Part shown: positions 33,988 to 40,931 of the stretch, piece after piece | Layout: each line of letters begins with the position of its first letter | How positions within the stretch are numbered: position 1 is the first letter of the stretch | Virus record (IMG/VR): IMGVR_UViG_3300045988_098362 | Reading direction: 5' to 3' (one strand) | Length of the DNA stretch: 53,272 nucleotides | DNA from: a virus | Notes under the pieces: generated by a model | What the model was told of the DNA's origin: nothing | Seen by the model: the letters and a program-made list of their open reading frames with translations, nothing else | Databases searched by the model: none | Position numbers and translations under genes: made by a program

Positions 33988-35208
33988 ATGCCCTACAATT
34001 CATCTGTACGAGGAGCGAATACTTTTATGACAAGTCAGGAGCGCCATGAAGCACGATACCAGCGCCGCCGGGCAGCACGCCGAGCCAGACAGGAAGCCCG
34101 TTGTGCCGCCCTCGGTTCGTTGGAAGAAGTATTCAGCTACCACACGATGTTCAAATATGGCCGGAAATGCTGCAACGGTGTACGCTGGAAGCAGAGCACG
34201 CAGAACTTTGAGCGGCATCTGTTTTCCCACACAGCGAAGCAGCGGCGGCTTATTTTGGCAAAAAGGTGGCGGCCTAAGAAATACGTTCATTTCACGGTCT
34301 GCGAACGCGGCAAGATTCGTGGGATTGACGCTCCTCATATTACAGACCGACAAATCCACAAGGTCATCAGCAAGGAAGTACTGGAGCCGCTTTACGACCC
34401 CAGCATGATCTATGACAACGGTGCAAGCCGGATTGGTAAGGGACTGCACTGGCAGATCAAGCGCATCAAACAGCAGCTGGCACGGCATTACCGCAAGTAT
34501 GGCCGTGCGGGCGGGGTGTTACTGCTCGACCTGAAGAAGTTCTTTCCTTATGCACCCCATTCCATCATCTATCAGCGGCACCAGCGGTATATCCTGAACC
34601 CTGATTTTCGGCGGATAGCAGATACCATTATTGATACTGCTCCCGGCGAATTTCCGGGCCGTGGGATGCCGCTGGGCGTTGAGCCGAGCCAGCAGGAAAT
34701 GGCGGCGATGCCCAGTGCAGTGGACAACTGGATCAAATGCCAGATGTCCACGCACAGCGCCGGGCACTACATGGACGATTACTGCATTATTCTCCCGGAC
34801 ATCGAAGATCTGAAAAAGCTGGGACGCGCCATCGTGCGCCAGTTTGAAATCCGCGGAATCCCGGTCAACAAGAAAAAATGCAAAATCATCCCGCTGACGA
34901 AGCCGTTCCGCTGGTGCAAGGCTCGTTTTACCTTGACCGAGACCGGAAAAATCAAAGTCAATGGTAGCCGTGATGGTGTGATACGCGCCCGGAGGAAGCT
35001 GAAGCTGTTTCATCGGGAATGGCTGGCCGGGAAACGTACCCTGCAGGAGGTGGCGCAGTATATGAACTGCCAAGAAGCCTACTATAAAAATTTTGATGAC
35101 CATGGGCGGCTGCTGCGCCTGCGGCGGCTTTGCTATGCAATTTTTGGAGGTAGAGTGCCTTGTTCAACAAAATCATCAAAGCCAGTGATGGCACCGTCCT
35201 TGCCTTGA
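33988..35208 (+). CDS. DGR reverse transcriptase (alternative start ATG 34027)
   Basis: YMDD catalytic box (GHYMDDYCII), LGVEPSQ (the DGR-type LGxxxSQ motif) and IRGIDAPHITDRQIHKVISKEVLEPLY...ASRIGKGLHW. Confidence 0.85.
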   Translation: MPYNSSVRGANTFMTSQERHEARYQRRRAARRARQEARCAALGSLEEVFSYHTMFKYGRKCCNGVRWKQSTQNFERHLFSHTAKQRRLILAKRWRPKKYVHFTVCERGKIRGIDAPHITDRQIHKVISKEVLEPLYDPSMIYDNGASRIGKGLHWQIKRIKQQLARHYRKYGRAGGVLLLDLKKFFPYAPHSIIYQRHQRYILNPDFRRIADTIIDTAPGEFPGRGMPLGVEPSQQEMAAMPSAVDNWIKCQMSTHSAGHYMDDYCIILPDIEDLKKLGRAIVRQFEIRGIPVNKKKCKIIPLTKPFRWCKARFTLTETGKIKVNGSRDGVIRARRKLKLFHREWLAGKRTLQEVAQYMNCQEAYYKNFDDHGRLLRLRRLCYAIFGGRVPCSTKSSKPVMAPSLP

Positions 35209-35495
35209 CCGAGGACGTGACCTACATCAAAAAAGCCGACAACGGCTGTTATATCCTCTGCCCGGAGCCTGATGCTTCGGGCATTTCTTATGCCGGCACT
35301 CCGTACCACCTGTTTGGTCGGAAGCCTCTGGATGATGCAGAGAGCGTCATTCTGGAGCCGACCGACATTGGTGGCTGGATTATGGAGGCGAAAGCTGCCA
35401 TCGAGGATGCCGACGAGATGAACGTGGATCAGGCTTATCGCCTGACCCTTCTGGAGTTGAATGTCTCCGATACGGATGACACTGAGAATACCTGA
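35160..35495 (+). CDS. Hypothetical protein (111 aa)
   Basis: A GGAGGT SD lies 8 nt upstream of TTG 35160. It overlaps the RT 3' end by 49 nt. Confidence 0.4.
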   Translation: MFNKIIKASDGTVLALTEDVTYIKKADNGCYILCPEPDASGISYAGTPYHLFGRKPLDDAESVILEPTDIGGWIMEAKAAIEDADEMNVDQAYRLTLLELNVSDTDDTENT

Positions 35496-35510
35496 TAGGA
35501 GGAAAAGGCA

Positions 35511-35684
35511 ATGAGTAAAGCAACGGAAATGGTTCTGTATCGCACATGCAAGCGCATGATCGAGCGCGGCAGTACCGATGGTCTGGCGGAGAAGATCGAT
35601 ATTTTCTACGCCGCCGGCAAACTGACCGACGAGCACTACGCCGAGCTGACCGGTATGCTCGCCGAGAAGAAAGAGCAGGTCTAA
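35511..35684 (+). CDS. XkdX-like small protein (57 aa)
   Basis: A GGAGGAAAAGG SD is present. IDIFYAAGKLTDEHYAELTG resembles the XkdX family motif. It is shorter than the ORF-track cutoff. Confidence 0.5.
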   Translation: MSKATEMVLYRTCKRMIERGSTDGLAEKIDIFYAAGKLTDEHYAELTGMLAEKKEQV

Positions 35685-35687
35685 CCT

Positions 35688-36095
35688 ATGGAGCATGAAC
35701 GCTTTATCGCCCGCCGTCGGGCCCGCTTCGTCGGGATTGACGGGCGTGTGAACATCCCTTATGGAACCGTCCTGAGTAATCAGGGCGGTTTTCTTATACA
35801 CCAGAATAAGCGTGTATGCACTGTGAGCAGCCAGAACGCTCTGGACTACTTCGTGCAGGACGACGACGGTGCTGGTGACCTGCGGGGGAAGCTGGTTGAC
35901 AGCATCCAGCGGTGCCTTGAGCGCCGGGATGCAGCCTACCAGACCCGCTGGGATAAGGTCTGGTCGTCGGCACTCTGCCAGCGGTACCGCCGCCCTGAAT
36001 CCGATGATCACTGGCTGTGGGCACGGGCGTTTTATGATGCTCCAGTTATCGACCTGCGGGCAATCGCTGCGCTGGTCCAGTTACCAGTCAAATAA
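35688..36095 (+). CDS. Hypothetical protein (135 aa)
   Basis: Co-directional and located between the XkdX-like gene and the lysis genes. I recognised no family. Confidence 0.4.
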   Translation: MEHERFIARRRARFVGIDGRVNIPYGTVLSNQGGFLIHQNKRVCTVSSQNALDYFVQDDDGAGDLRGKLVDSIQRCLERRDAAYQTRWDKVWSSALCQRYRRPESDDHWLWARAFYDAPVIDLRAIAALVQLPVK

Positions 36096-36155
36096 TCGCA
36101 CAGGGGGTGCCGTTTTGGTGCCTCCTTTCTTTAGACGATGTAGAAGGAGGTTCAG

Positions 36156-36464
36156 ATGGACCAGCCTATTACGCGAGCCGAGCATGAGGAGTTCAAGCGT
36201 CGGCTCGAAGAGGAAAATGCCCGTCAGGACAGACGAATCGCCTTGCTGGAGGAAAGCGTAAGCAAAATGGGCGCACTGTCCACTTCGGTCGAGAAGCTGG
36301 CCCTGAGTATGGAGAGCATGGTCAGGGAGCAGGAAAAGCAGGGAAAACGGCTGGAAACTCTGGAGAGCCGCGATGGAGAGCTGTGGCGTAAGGCCATCGG
36401 CTATGCAGTAACGGCCATTATCGGTGCTTTTCTCGGCTATGTGTTCACCCAAATCGGTTTTTAG
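36156..36464 (+). CDS. XhlA-like lysis-associated membrane protein
   Basis: An N-terminal coiled coil and a single C-terminal transmembrane segment (AIGYAVTAIIGAFLGYVFTQIGF). It lies immediately upstream of the endolysin. Confidence 0.5.
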   Translation: MDQPITRAEHEEFKRRLEEENARQDRRIALLEESVSKMGALSTSVEKLALSMESMVREQEKQGKRLETLESRDGELWRKAIGYAVTAIIGAFLGYVFTQIGF

Positions 36465-36467
36465 GAG

Positions 36468-37130
36468 GTGTGCAAGTTGAGCATCATTACGTTCCAGCGC
36501 GGGGATAAGACCGCGCTCACCAAGAACTTTACCAAGTCTGAGTTCGAGTGCCCCTGCGGCTGCGGACAGCAGTCGGTTGACATGGAGCTGGCCGAAAAGC
36601 TCCAGCTCCTCCGGGACAAGGTAGACCGTCCGCTGAAGATCACGTCCGGCTACCGCTGCATCACGCACAATGCGGCTGTGGGCGGAAGCCAGAACTCCAA
36701 GCACCGCTATGGCATGGCGGCGGACTGGAGGACGGAGAACCGCAGCATCAACCCGGTGGCACTGGGCATCCTTGCTCAGGCCGTGGGGTTCGGCGGCATC
36801 GGCATCTACTGGCACAGCCGTGGGGCTTTTGTTCACGCCGACACCCGTGGCACGAAAGCGACGTGGCTCTGCACCACGCCGGGAAAGTACCCCAGCACGA
36901 CCTACAACAAATTCGTGCTTCCCACCATCCGACGGGGCTGCACTGGGCCTGCAAACCGCAGTGCCACCATTATGCTTCAGAAGCTCCTGAAGCTGAAGGC
37001 TGATGGCCTGTTCGGCGAGGTCACCGAGAACGCCCTGATGAGGGCGCAGGAGGCGCATGGCCTGACTGTGGACGGCATCTGCGGCCCTGCCAGCTGGAAG
37101 GCCATTTCCGGGGCTTCCAAGTACCTGTGA
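36468..37130 (+). CDS. Endolysin: M15-type peptidase with a C-terminal peptidoglycan-binding domain
   Basis: FTKSEFECPCG...ITSGYRC..HN..VGGS.NSKHRYGMAAD matches the M15A pattern. LQKLLKLKADGLFGEVTENAL...GLTVDGICGPASW matches PG_binding_1. Confidence 0.8.
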   Translation: MCKLSIITFQRGDKTALTKNFTKSEFECPCGCGQQSVDMELAEKLQLLRDKVDRPLKITSGYRCITHNAAVGGSQNSKHRYGMAADWRTENRSINPVALGILAQAVGFGGIGIYWHSRGAFVHADTRGTKATWLCTTPGKYPSTTYNKFVLPTIRRGCTGPANRSATIMLQKLLKLKADGLFGEVTENALMRAQEAHGLTVDGICGPASWKAISGASKYL

Positions 37131-37208
37131 AACATCCGATATAACCAACACGACAAAACGGCGCAGGGGTAGCTCTCCGCGCCGCTGATGCTTATAGGAG
37201 GCAATATC

Positions 37209-37526
37209 ATGGAAGCTATGCTGAACTTTATTCCCGCTCCCGTCGCCATCGTCTTGATGCTGGCGGGCTTTATCGCACTGGCAATCGGCGGTATCCGGCT
37301 TGGCTACAAGGCCACCGTCAAGGATCTGGCTCTGGAACTGGTCAAAAAGGCCGAGCTGTCCATCATGGGCAGCGGTCAGGGTGCCAAAAAGAAGAAGCAG
37401 GTGTTCGCTGCTCTCCGCACCAAGTGCCCGGCGGCTATCCGCTGGGCCATCACCGACGAGGTGCTGGATACTGTCATCGAACACGCCTTTGATGTTATGA
37501 CCGCAGCACTGGGCAAAAAGTCTTGA
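37209..37526 (+). CDS. Holin (LL-H-like)
   Basis: An AGGAGG SD is present. An N-terminal transmembrane segment (FIPAPVAIVLMLAGFIALAIGGI) is followed by a charged C-terminal domain. It is adjacent to the endolysin. Confidence 0.55.
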   Translation: MEAMLNFIPAPVAIVLMLAGFIALAIGGIRLGYKATVKDLALELVKKAELSIMGSGQGAKKKKQVFAALRTKCPAAIRWAITDEVLDTVIEHAFDVMTAALGKKS

Positions 37527-37639
37527 CTGCTGCATGAGTGCCGTGTAAAATAGAGGCACTTGAAAAGCTTCGGCTTTTGTAGAGAGCGGCCCGGCATGGT
37601 CCACTCTTGATTTTATATTTGGCTACCTCGGTAGCGCGC

Positions 37640-37687
37640 AAAAATCCCCCTGCATTGACCTTCGGGCCAGTGTAGGGGGATTTTTTG
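37640..37687. terminator. Bidirectional rho-independent terminator between the late operon and the minus-strand cargo operon
   Basis: aaaaa-tccccctgca...tgtaggggga-tttttt. An A-run and a T-run flank a ~10-bp stem. Confidence 0.75.
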
Positions 37688-37691
37688 TTTG

Positions 37692-37871
37692 TTAGAACTT
37701 CATCTGTGCAGCGTCTTCGACACTCACGTCGTCGAAACACTGGGTCAGTTCATCGAGGACTTTGCGCTGCGTTTTCTCACTCAAACCGGCGCTGCGCATC
37801 GCCATGACACAGTAGCCGATGCAGGCTGCGTTTGACCACGGTCCATTCAGTGACAGGAGCATTTCTTCCAT
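37692..37871 (-). CDS. Hypothetical protein (59 aa), cargo operon gene 7
   Basis: A GGAGGT SD lies 7 nt upstream of the ATG (rc of 37869-71). The product is MEEMLLSLNGPWSNAACIGYCVMAMRSAGLSEK.... Confidence 0.45.
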   Translation of the reverse strand: MEEMLLSLNGPWSNAACIGYCVMAMRSAGLSEKTQRKVLDELTQCFDDVSVEDAAQMKF

Positions 37872-37876
37872 ATCGA

Positions 37877-38122
37877 TTACCTCCGAAGATCTCCATTGTA
37901 TACGCGAACCAGCACCCAGTCGGACAGCGGTTTGACGTTCCCGGTCCAGTCCCGGAGGGCTTCATCGGTGCCGCAAGCCTCACAGATGTACACGCCATTG
38001 GCGTGGCGGCTCAGTGCTCCGTGGGTCAGTTTGTCCGGCATCCTCTCGCCGCAGCGGGGGCACAGCGGCCAGCCCTGCTGCTGGTCATAGAGCATCTTTT
38101 CGATAGCTTTTTCGTCCGTCAT
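37877..38122 (-). CDS. Zinc-ribbon protein (81 aa), cargo operon gene 6
   Basis: An AAGGAGGAAG SD is present. Contains CPRCG...CEACG. Confidence 0.55.
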   Translation of the reverse strand: MTDEKAIEKMLYDQQQGWPLCPRCGERMPDKLTHGALSRHANGVYICEACGTDEALRDWTGNVKPLSDWVLVRVYNGDLRR

Positions 38123-38135
38123 TGTTACTTCCTCC

Positions 38136-38531
38136 TTAAACATCTCGGCTAACCGAGTGATATGCAAACCAGTGACCGCGCCGCCGGAACAGATAGAACC
38201 AATTCGTGAACTCCTGCCCTGTGCAGTCATAGGGGCTGTTGTAAGCTTCCAGATAGCAGTTGCCGCGGAACCAGTCGGCGGCATCCGCCTTGTGCGCCTT
38301 GTCCAATTCATCAGGCAGCTGAACAAGCTCCAGGCGGCCGTCATAGTCGGCACAGATGATATGCACATCAGGGGCGGGGCGGTTATTGTAATTCCGAATC
38401 TCCCTCTTAATGGTTACCGCCATGTTTTTCACGGCTGCCTTCTTTTCGGCAGAGGCCGGAACATCGCTCTGCATGAACATCAGGAGTGCGTACGCATCAC
38501 GCAGCCTCTCGTTATCAGTAATGCTGAACAT
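38136..38531 (-). CDS. Hypothetical protein (131 aa), cargo operon gene 5
   Basis: An AAGGAGG SD lies 8 nt upstream of ATG 38531. I recognised no family. Confidence 0.5.
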   Translation of the reverse strand: MFSITDNERLRDAYALLMFMQSDVPASAEKKAAVKNMAVTIKREIRNYNNRPAPDVHIICADYDGRLELVQLPDELDKAHKADAADWFRGNCYLEAYNSPYDCTGQEFTNWFYLFRRRGHWFAYHSVSRDV

Positions 38532-38544
38532 GGTCACAACCTCC

Positions 38545-38949
38545 TTACTTCATGTTCTGGCGTTCCCAATCGGCCCAGCGGTAAATTTCCTTGCAGGACA
38601 TGGATTCCGGCTTGCTGGTCTGGATATAGTCCTGCTGGCCGAAGATTTCCAACTGGTCGATGTTGTCCGGGCTCTGGGTGATGATTTTCGCCGGGCGGCC
38701 AACCTCACCGCCGGGAATCTCAATGCGCCACAGGTACAGGTTGTCATCAAAGTAGAAAACGTTCGGGATGTACCGCTCTTCTGCATCGGTGCCCTCGATA
38801 TCCAAGATGTATTTTCCGAGGGCGCCGAAAACCTCCAGCCGGGTGGGAGCCTTGTCGCGGTCGTTCATATCGTACAGCTTGATATCGCAAGCCGTTCTGT
38901 TGCGGAAGGAAACCTCGGAAATGGTGCCAGTGTATTTGTAGAGTTTCAT
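38545..38949 (-). CDS. Hypothetical protein (134 aa), cargo operon gene 4
   Basis: An AAGGAGG SD is present. I recognised no family. Confidence 0.5.
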   Translation of the reverse strand: MKLYKYTGTISEVSFRNRTACDIKLYDMNDRDKAPTRLEVFGALGKYILDIEGTDAEERYIPNVFYFDDNLYLWRIEIPGGEVGRPAKIITQSPDNIDQLEIFGQQDYIQTSKPESMSCKEIYRWADWERQNMK

Positions 38950-38952
38950 GTC

Positions 38953-39213
38953 TTAGACCTCCTTGACTTCCACGGTCTTGAGGCTGCCCTCGATGTAGCC
39001 ACGGCCACGCAGATGTTCGCAGCTCCAGCAGAAACCGATTGCTCGCTCACGGATGAAGTAGGCGGTATGGTCCGCACGATCCTCATTGAATGCGGCGTGG
39101 ATTTCTTTTGCCCGCTCGTCTTCCACCAGAATAGAGGCACTGGCCTCGCCGATTTCGCCGTTCTGACCGTGCTTCATGTCCTTGGAATCGTAAGTAAAGA
39201 TTACCTTTTTCAT
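38953..39213 (-). CDS. Hypothetical protein (86 aa), cargo operon gene 3
   Basis: A GAGGAGGG SD is present. I recognised no family. Confidence 0.5.
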   Translation of the reverse strand: MKKVIFTYDSKDMKHGQNGEIGEASASILVEDERAKEIHAAFNEDRADHTAYFIRERAIGFCWSCEHLRGRGYIEGSLKTVEVKEV

Positions 39214-39226
39214 TGTTTTGCCCTCC

Positions 39227-39799
39227 TCAGTGCAGCTGGGCGCTGTGCTGGTTGTAGGTGACGGTATACACGCCGCTCTGCTTGGTGATCTGGATGTTGC
39301 TCACCACGACACGCTTCAGACCGAACTTCCGGCGAACGAATTCCTTGACCAGCGTAGAAGCCTTTTCGGGAAGGTGCTTCTTGATGCGGCAGTCACGGCG
39401 GCAGTAGCGCTCGAAGCGCTTTTCATCGGCTGCGGTGGCCTCCTCTCGCGTTCCGTAGAACACGGAATCGTCGCGGTTGCTGCTCAGCTTGTAGAACTTC
39501 TCGCAGGAGATGACATCCAACCGGTTGTTCCAGATGACATTGCAGCGCTGGTTATCGTTGGGCTTGACGTTGTCAGCGGCGATGCCGACCACAAGTTTCA
39601 GACCTTCCAGCTGGTTGTAATCTTCCCATTCGGTGAAGCTGTCCAGCAGAACGCGGACAATCTGCTTACCGTCGGTCAGGTCGATGTGAGCGATCTCGCC
39701 CTGACTGCCGGACATCGAAGCGGCGTTGATGTAGTAGCCCTGCGCCATGTAGCTGCTGACGGCAGCGGTAAATTTGCGGTTGATGTCGATGAACTTCAT
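39227..39799 (-). CDS. Hypothetical protein (190 aa), cargo operon gene 2
   Basis: A GGAGGT SD lies upstream of the ATG (MKFIDINRKF...). I recognised no family. Confidence 0.5.
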   Translation of the reverse strand: MKFIDINRKFTAAVSSYMAQGYYINAASMSGSQGEIAHIDLTDGKQIVRVLLDSFTEWEDYNQLEGLKLVVGIAADNVKPNDNQRCNVIWNNRLDVISCEKFYKLSSNRDDSVFYGTREEATAADEKRFERYCRRDCRIKKHLPEKASTLVKEFVRRKFGLKRVVVSNIQITKQSGVYTVTYNQHSAQLH

Positions 39800-39824
39800 T
39801 TTGAGAACCTCCAATAATTTACTC

Positions 39825-39853
39825 TTGACAAATCGTTAATAAAAAAATAAAAT
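39825..39853 (+). promoter_or_regulatory. Near-consensus sigma-70-type promoter facing the cargo operon
   Basis: TTGACA (39825-30), a 17-nt spacer, then TAAAAT (39848-53). Confidence 0.6.
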
Positions 39854-39859
39854 GGAGGT

Positions 39860-39929
39860 GCAAGGGGCTTGTGTAACATCGGGCTTTTAGCGGTTAGCGG
39901 TTCAGGGTGCGATCCTGAGCCGCTTTTTT
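39860..39929 (+). ncRNA. Candidate ~70-nt cis-antisense sRNA
   Basis: It starts a few nt after the promoter at 39825-53 and ends at an intrinsic terminator. The terminator has a 10-bp stem gcggttcagg/cctgagccgc (39897-906 and 39914-23) plus TTTTTT (39924-29). No credible ORF lies inside. Confidence 0.45.
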
Positions 39930-39992
39930 ATATGCTTCAAAGCGGGCTACCTGCTCGGCTCTGGTGAGCTTCGCAAATTCCTTGCTTGTCAT
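39894..39992 (-). CDS. Possible 32-aa leader peptide, cargo operon gene 1
   Basis: A GGGGGTGG SD lies 7 nt upstream of the ATG. The product MTSKEFAKLTRAEQVARFEAYKKAAQDRTLNR is hydrophilic. Its 3' third overlaps the antisense sRNA terminator. Confidence 0.3.
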   Translation of the reverse strand: MTSKEFAKLTRAEQVARFEAYKKAAQDRTLNR

Positions 39993-40051
39993 GGAGCGCC
40001 ACCCCCTTTGGGTTGCTCCCTTGCACCTCTTGACCTCCTCTCTATGTCTAT

Positions 40052-40080
40052 ATTATACTACGATTTTCGTTGTATGTCAA
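40052..40080 (-). promoter_or_regulatory. Consensus sigma-70-type promoter of the minus-strand cargo operon
   Basis: On the minus strand: TTGACA (rc of 40075-80), a 17-nt spacer, then TATAAT (rc of 40052-57). Confidence 0.65.
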
Positions 40081-40095
40081 TAAGAAAACAACACT

Positions 40096-40117
40096 TTTCG
40101 TAAATTGTTTTACGAAA
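40096..40117. promoter_or_regulatory. Operator-like perfect palindrome between divergent promoters
   Basis: TTTCGTAAA-ttgt-TTTACGAAA. Confidence 0.55.
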
Positions 40118-40121
40118 CTCG

Positions 40122-40150
40122 TTGCAATTCTGCGGCGAGTATGATATAGT
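40122..40150 (+). promoter_or_regulatory. Promoter of the small HTH gene
   Basis: TTGCAA, a 17-nt spacer (with TGa giving an extended -10), then TATAGT. A GGGAGGTG SD and ATG 40172 lie downstream. Confidence 0.55.
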
Positions 40151-40171
40151 AAAGAAAAGGGAGGTGCCTAT

Positions 40172-40399
40172 ATGATTCGCATTAAGTTGAAAGCCGTCCT
40201 CGCTGAAAAGGGTATCAAGCAGAAAGATTTGGTTGAAATGACCGGGATTCGTCAGCCCACGTTGTCGGGCATGAACAATAACTCCGTCAAGCATATTCCG
40301 CTTGATGTGCTGGACAAGCTCTGCACCGTTCTGGACTGCCAGCCTGCCGATCTGCTGGAATTCGTGCCGGATGAGAACGAAAAAAGCCCGGACGCTTGA
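40172..40399 (+). CDS. Small XRE-family HTH regulator (75 aa)
   Basis: GIKQKDLVEMTGIRQPTLSGMNNN is an HTH. It is a paralog of the convergent gene at 40419-40685. Confidence 0.7.
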   Translation: MIRIKLKAVLAEKGIKQKDLVEMTGIRQPTLSGMNNNSVKHIPLDVLDKLCTVLDCQPADLLEFVPDENEKSPDA

Positions 40400-40418
40400 C
40401 GCATCCGGGCAGGAGAGG

Positions 40419-40685
40419 TTACTTCTTGCGAGACTTGCTCACGGTCTGGGGGATATGACGTACCTCTTTGACCCTGCGCTCAATGTTGGGCTCTCGCACA
40501 ATGAGGTCTTCGAGGTCACAGTCCAGTGCCTCACAGATGAGGTCGAGGTCGTCCAGACTTACACGCTCCGCAAAATCGTGGTACAACTCGTTGATAGTCT
40601 GACTGCGAATCCCTGTGACACGAGCAAGGTCGCTCTGTGTCATCCGCCGTTCGCCAAGGCGGGTTGACAGCAAAATCCTAATCAT
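40419..40685 (-). CDS. Small XRE-family HTH regulator (88 aa), paralog of 40172-40399
   Basis: MTQSDLARVTGIRSQTINELYHD is an HTH. It shares the MIRI..L..E..Q.DL...TGIR..T...LD.LD..C..LDC...DL pattern with the neighbour. An AAGGAG SD is present. Confidence 0.7.
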   Translation of the reverse strand: MIRILLSTRLGERRMTQSDLARVTGIRSQTINELYHDFAERVSLDDLDLICEALDCDLEDLIVREPNIERRVKEVRHIPQTVSKSRKK

Positions 40686-40810
40686 AGCCTTTGGTCTCCT
40701 TTGTTGCTGATTTTAGCCGATTCATGGTCGGCTTGTCTGCATTTTGGCAAGAAACCCTCTATTCCGGCAAGTTTTTCCGTATTTCGGAAAAATCTAACAG
40801 GAAATAAAAC

Positions 40811-40856
40811 AAAAAAGACCCAAACCTCATTTCATGCGAGGTTTGGGTCTTTTTTA
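40811..40856. terminator. Bidirectional rho-independent terminator downstream of the integrase
   Basis: aaaaaa-gacccaaacctc...gaggtttgggtc-ttttt (a 12-13-bp stem). Confidence 0.75.
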
Positions 40857-40931
40857 CTTACTTTCTTATTTTCGGTAGGGAACAAAACAAGACGAACACT
40901 GAACCAACCATCTCGATTGTACTGTGTTCGC

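Noticed and set aside
39852-39890. A 12-codon ORF (MEVQGACVTSGF) inside the candidate sRNA.
   Set aside because: Its ATG lies within the -10 hexamer, so it would not be on the transcript. The GGAGGTG...GTG-TAA alternative encodes nothing.
39860-39992. A type I toxin-antitoxin reading of the 32-aa ORF plus the antisense sRNA.
   Set aside because: The peptide (MTSKEFAKLTRAEQVARFEAYKKAAQDRTLNR) is hydrophilic and helical, with no membrane segment typical of type I toxins. A leader peptide with antisense control is more plausible.
40858-40931. An attempt to locate attP next to the serine integrase, either here or at 42496-42560.
   Set aside because: Serine-integrase attP sites are short imperfect inverted repeats without a universal consensus. 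Several weak candidates exist, and none can be chosen without an integrated copy or an attB for comparison.
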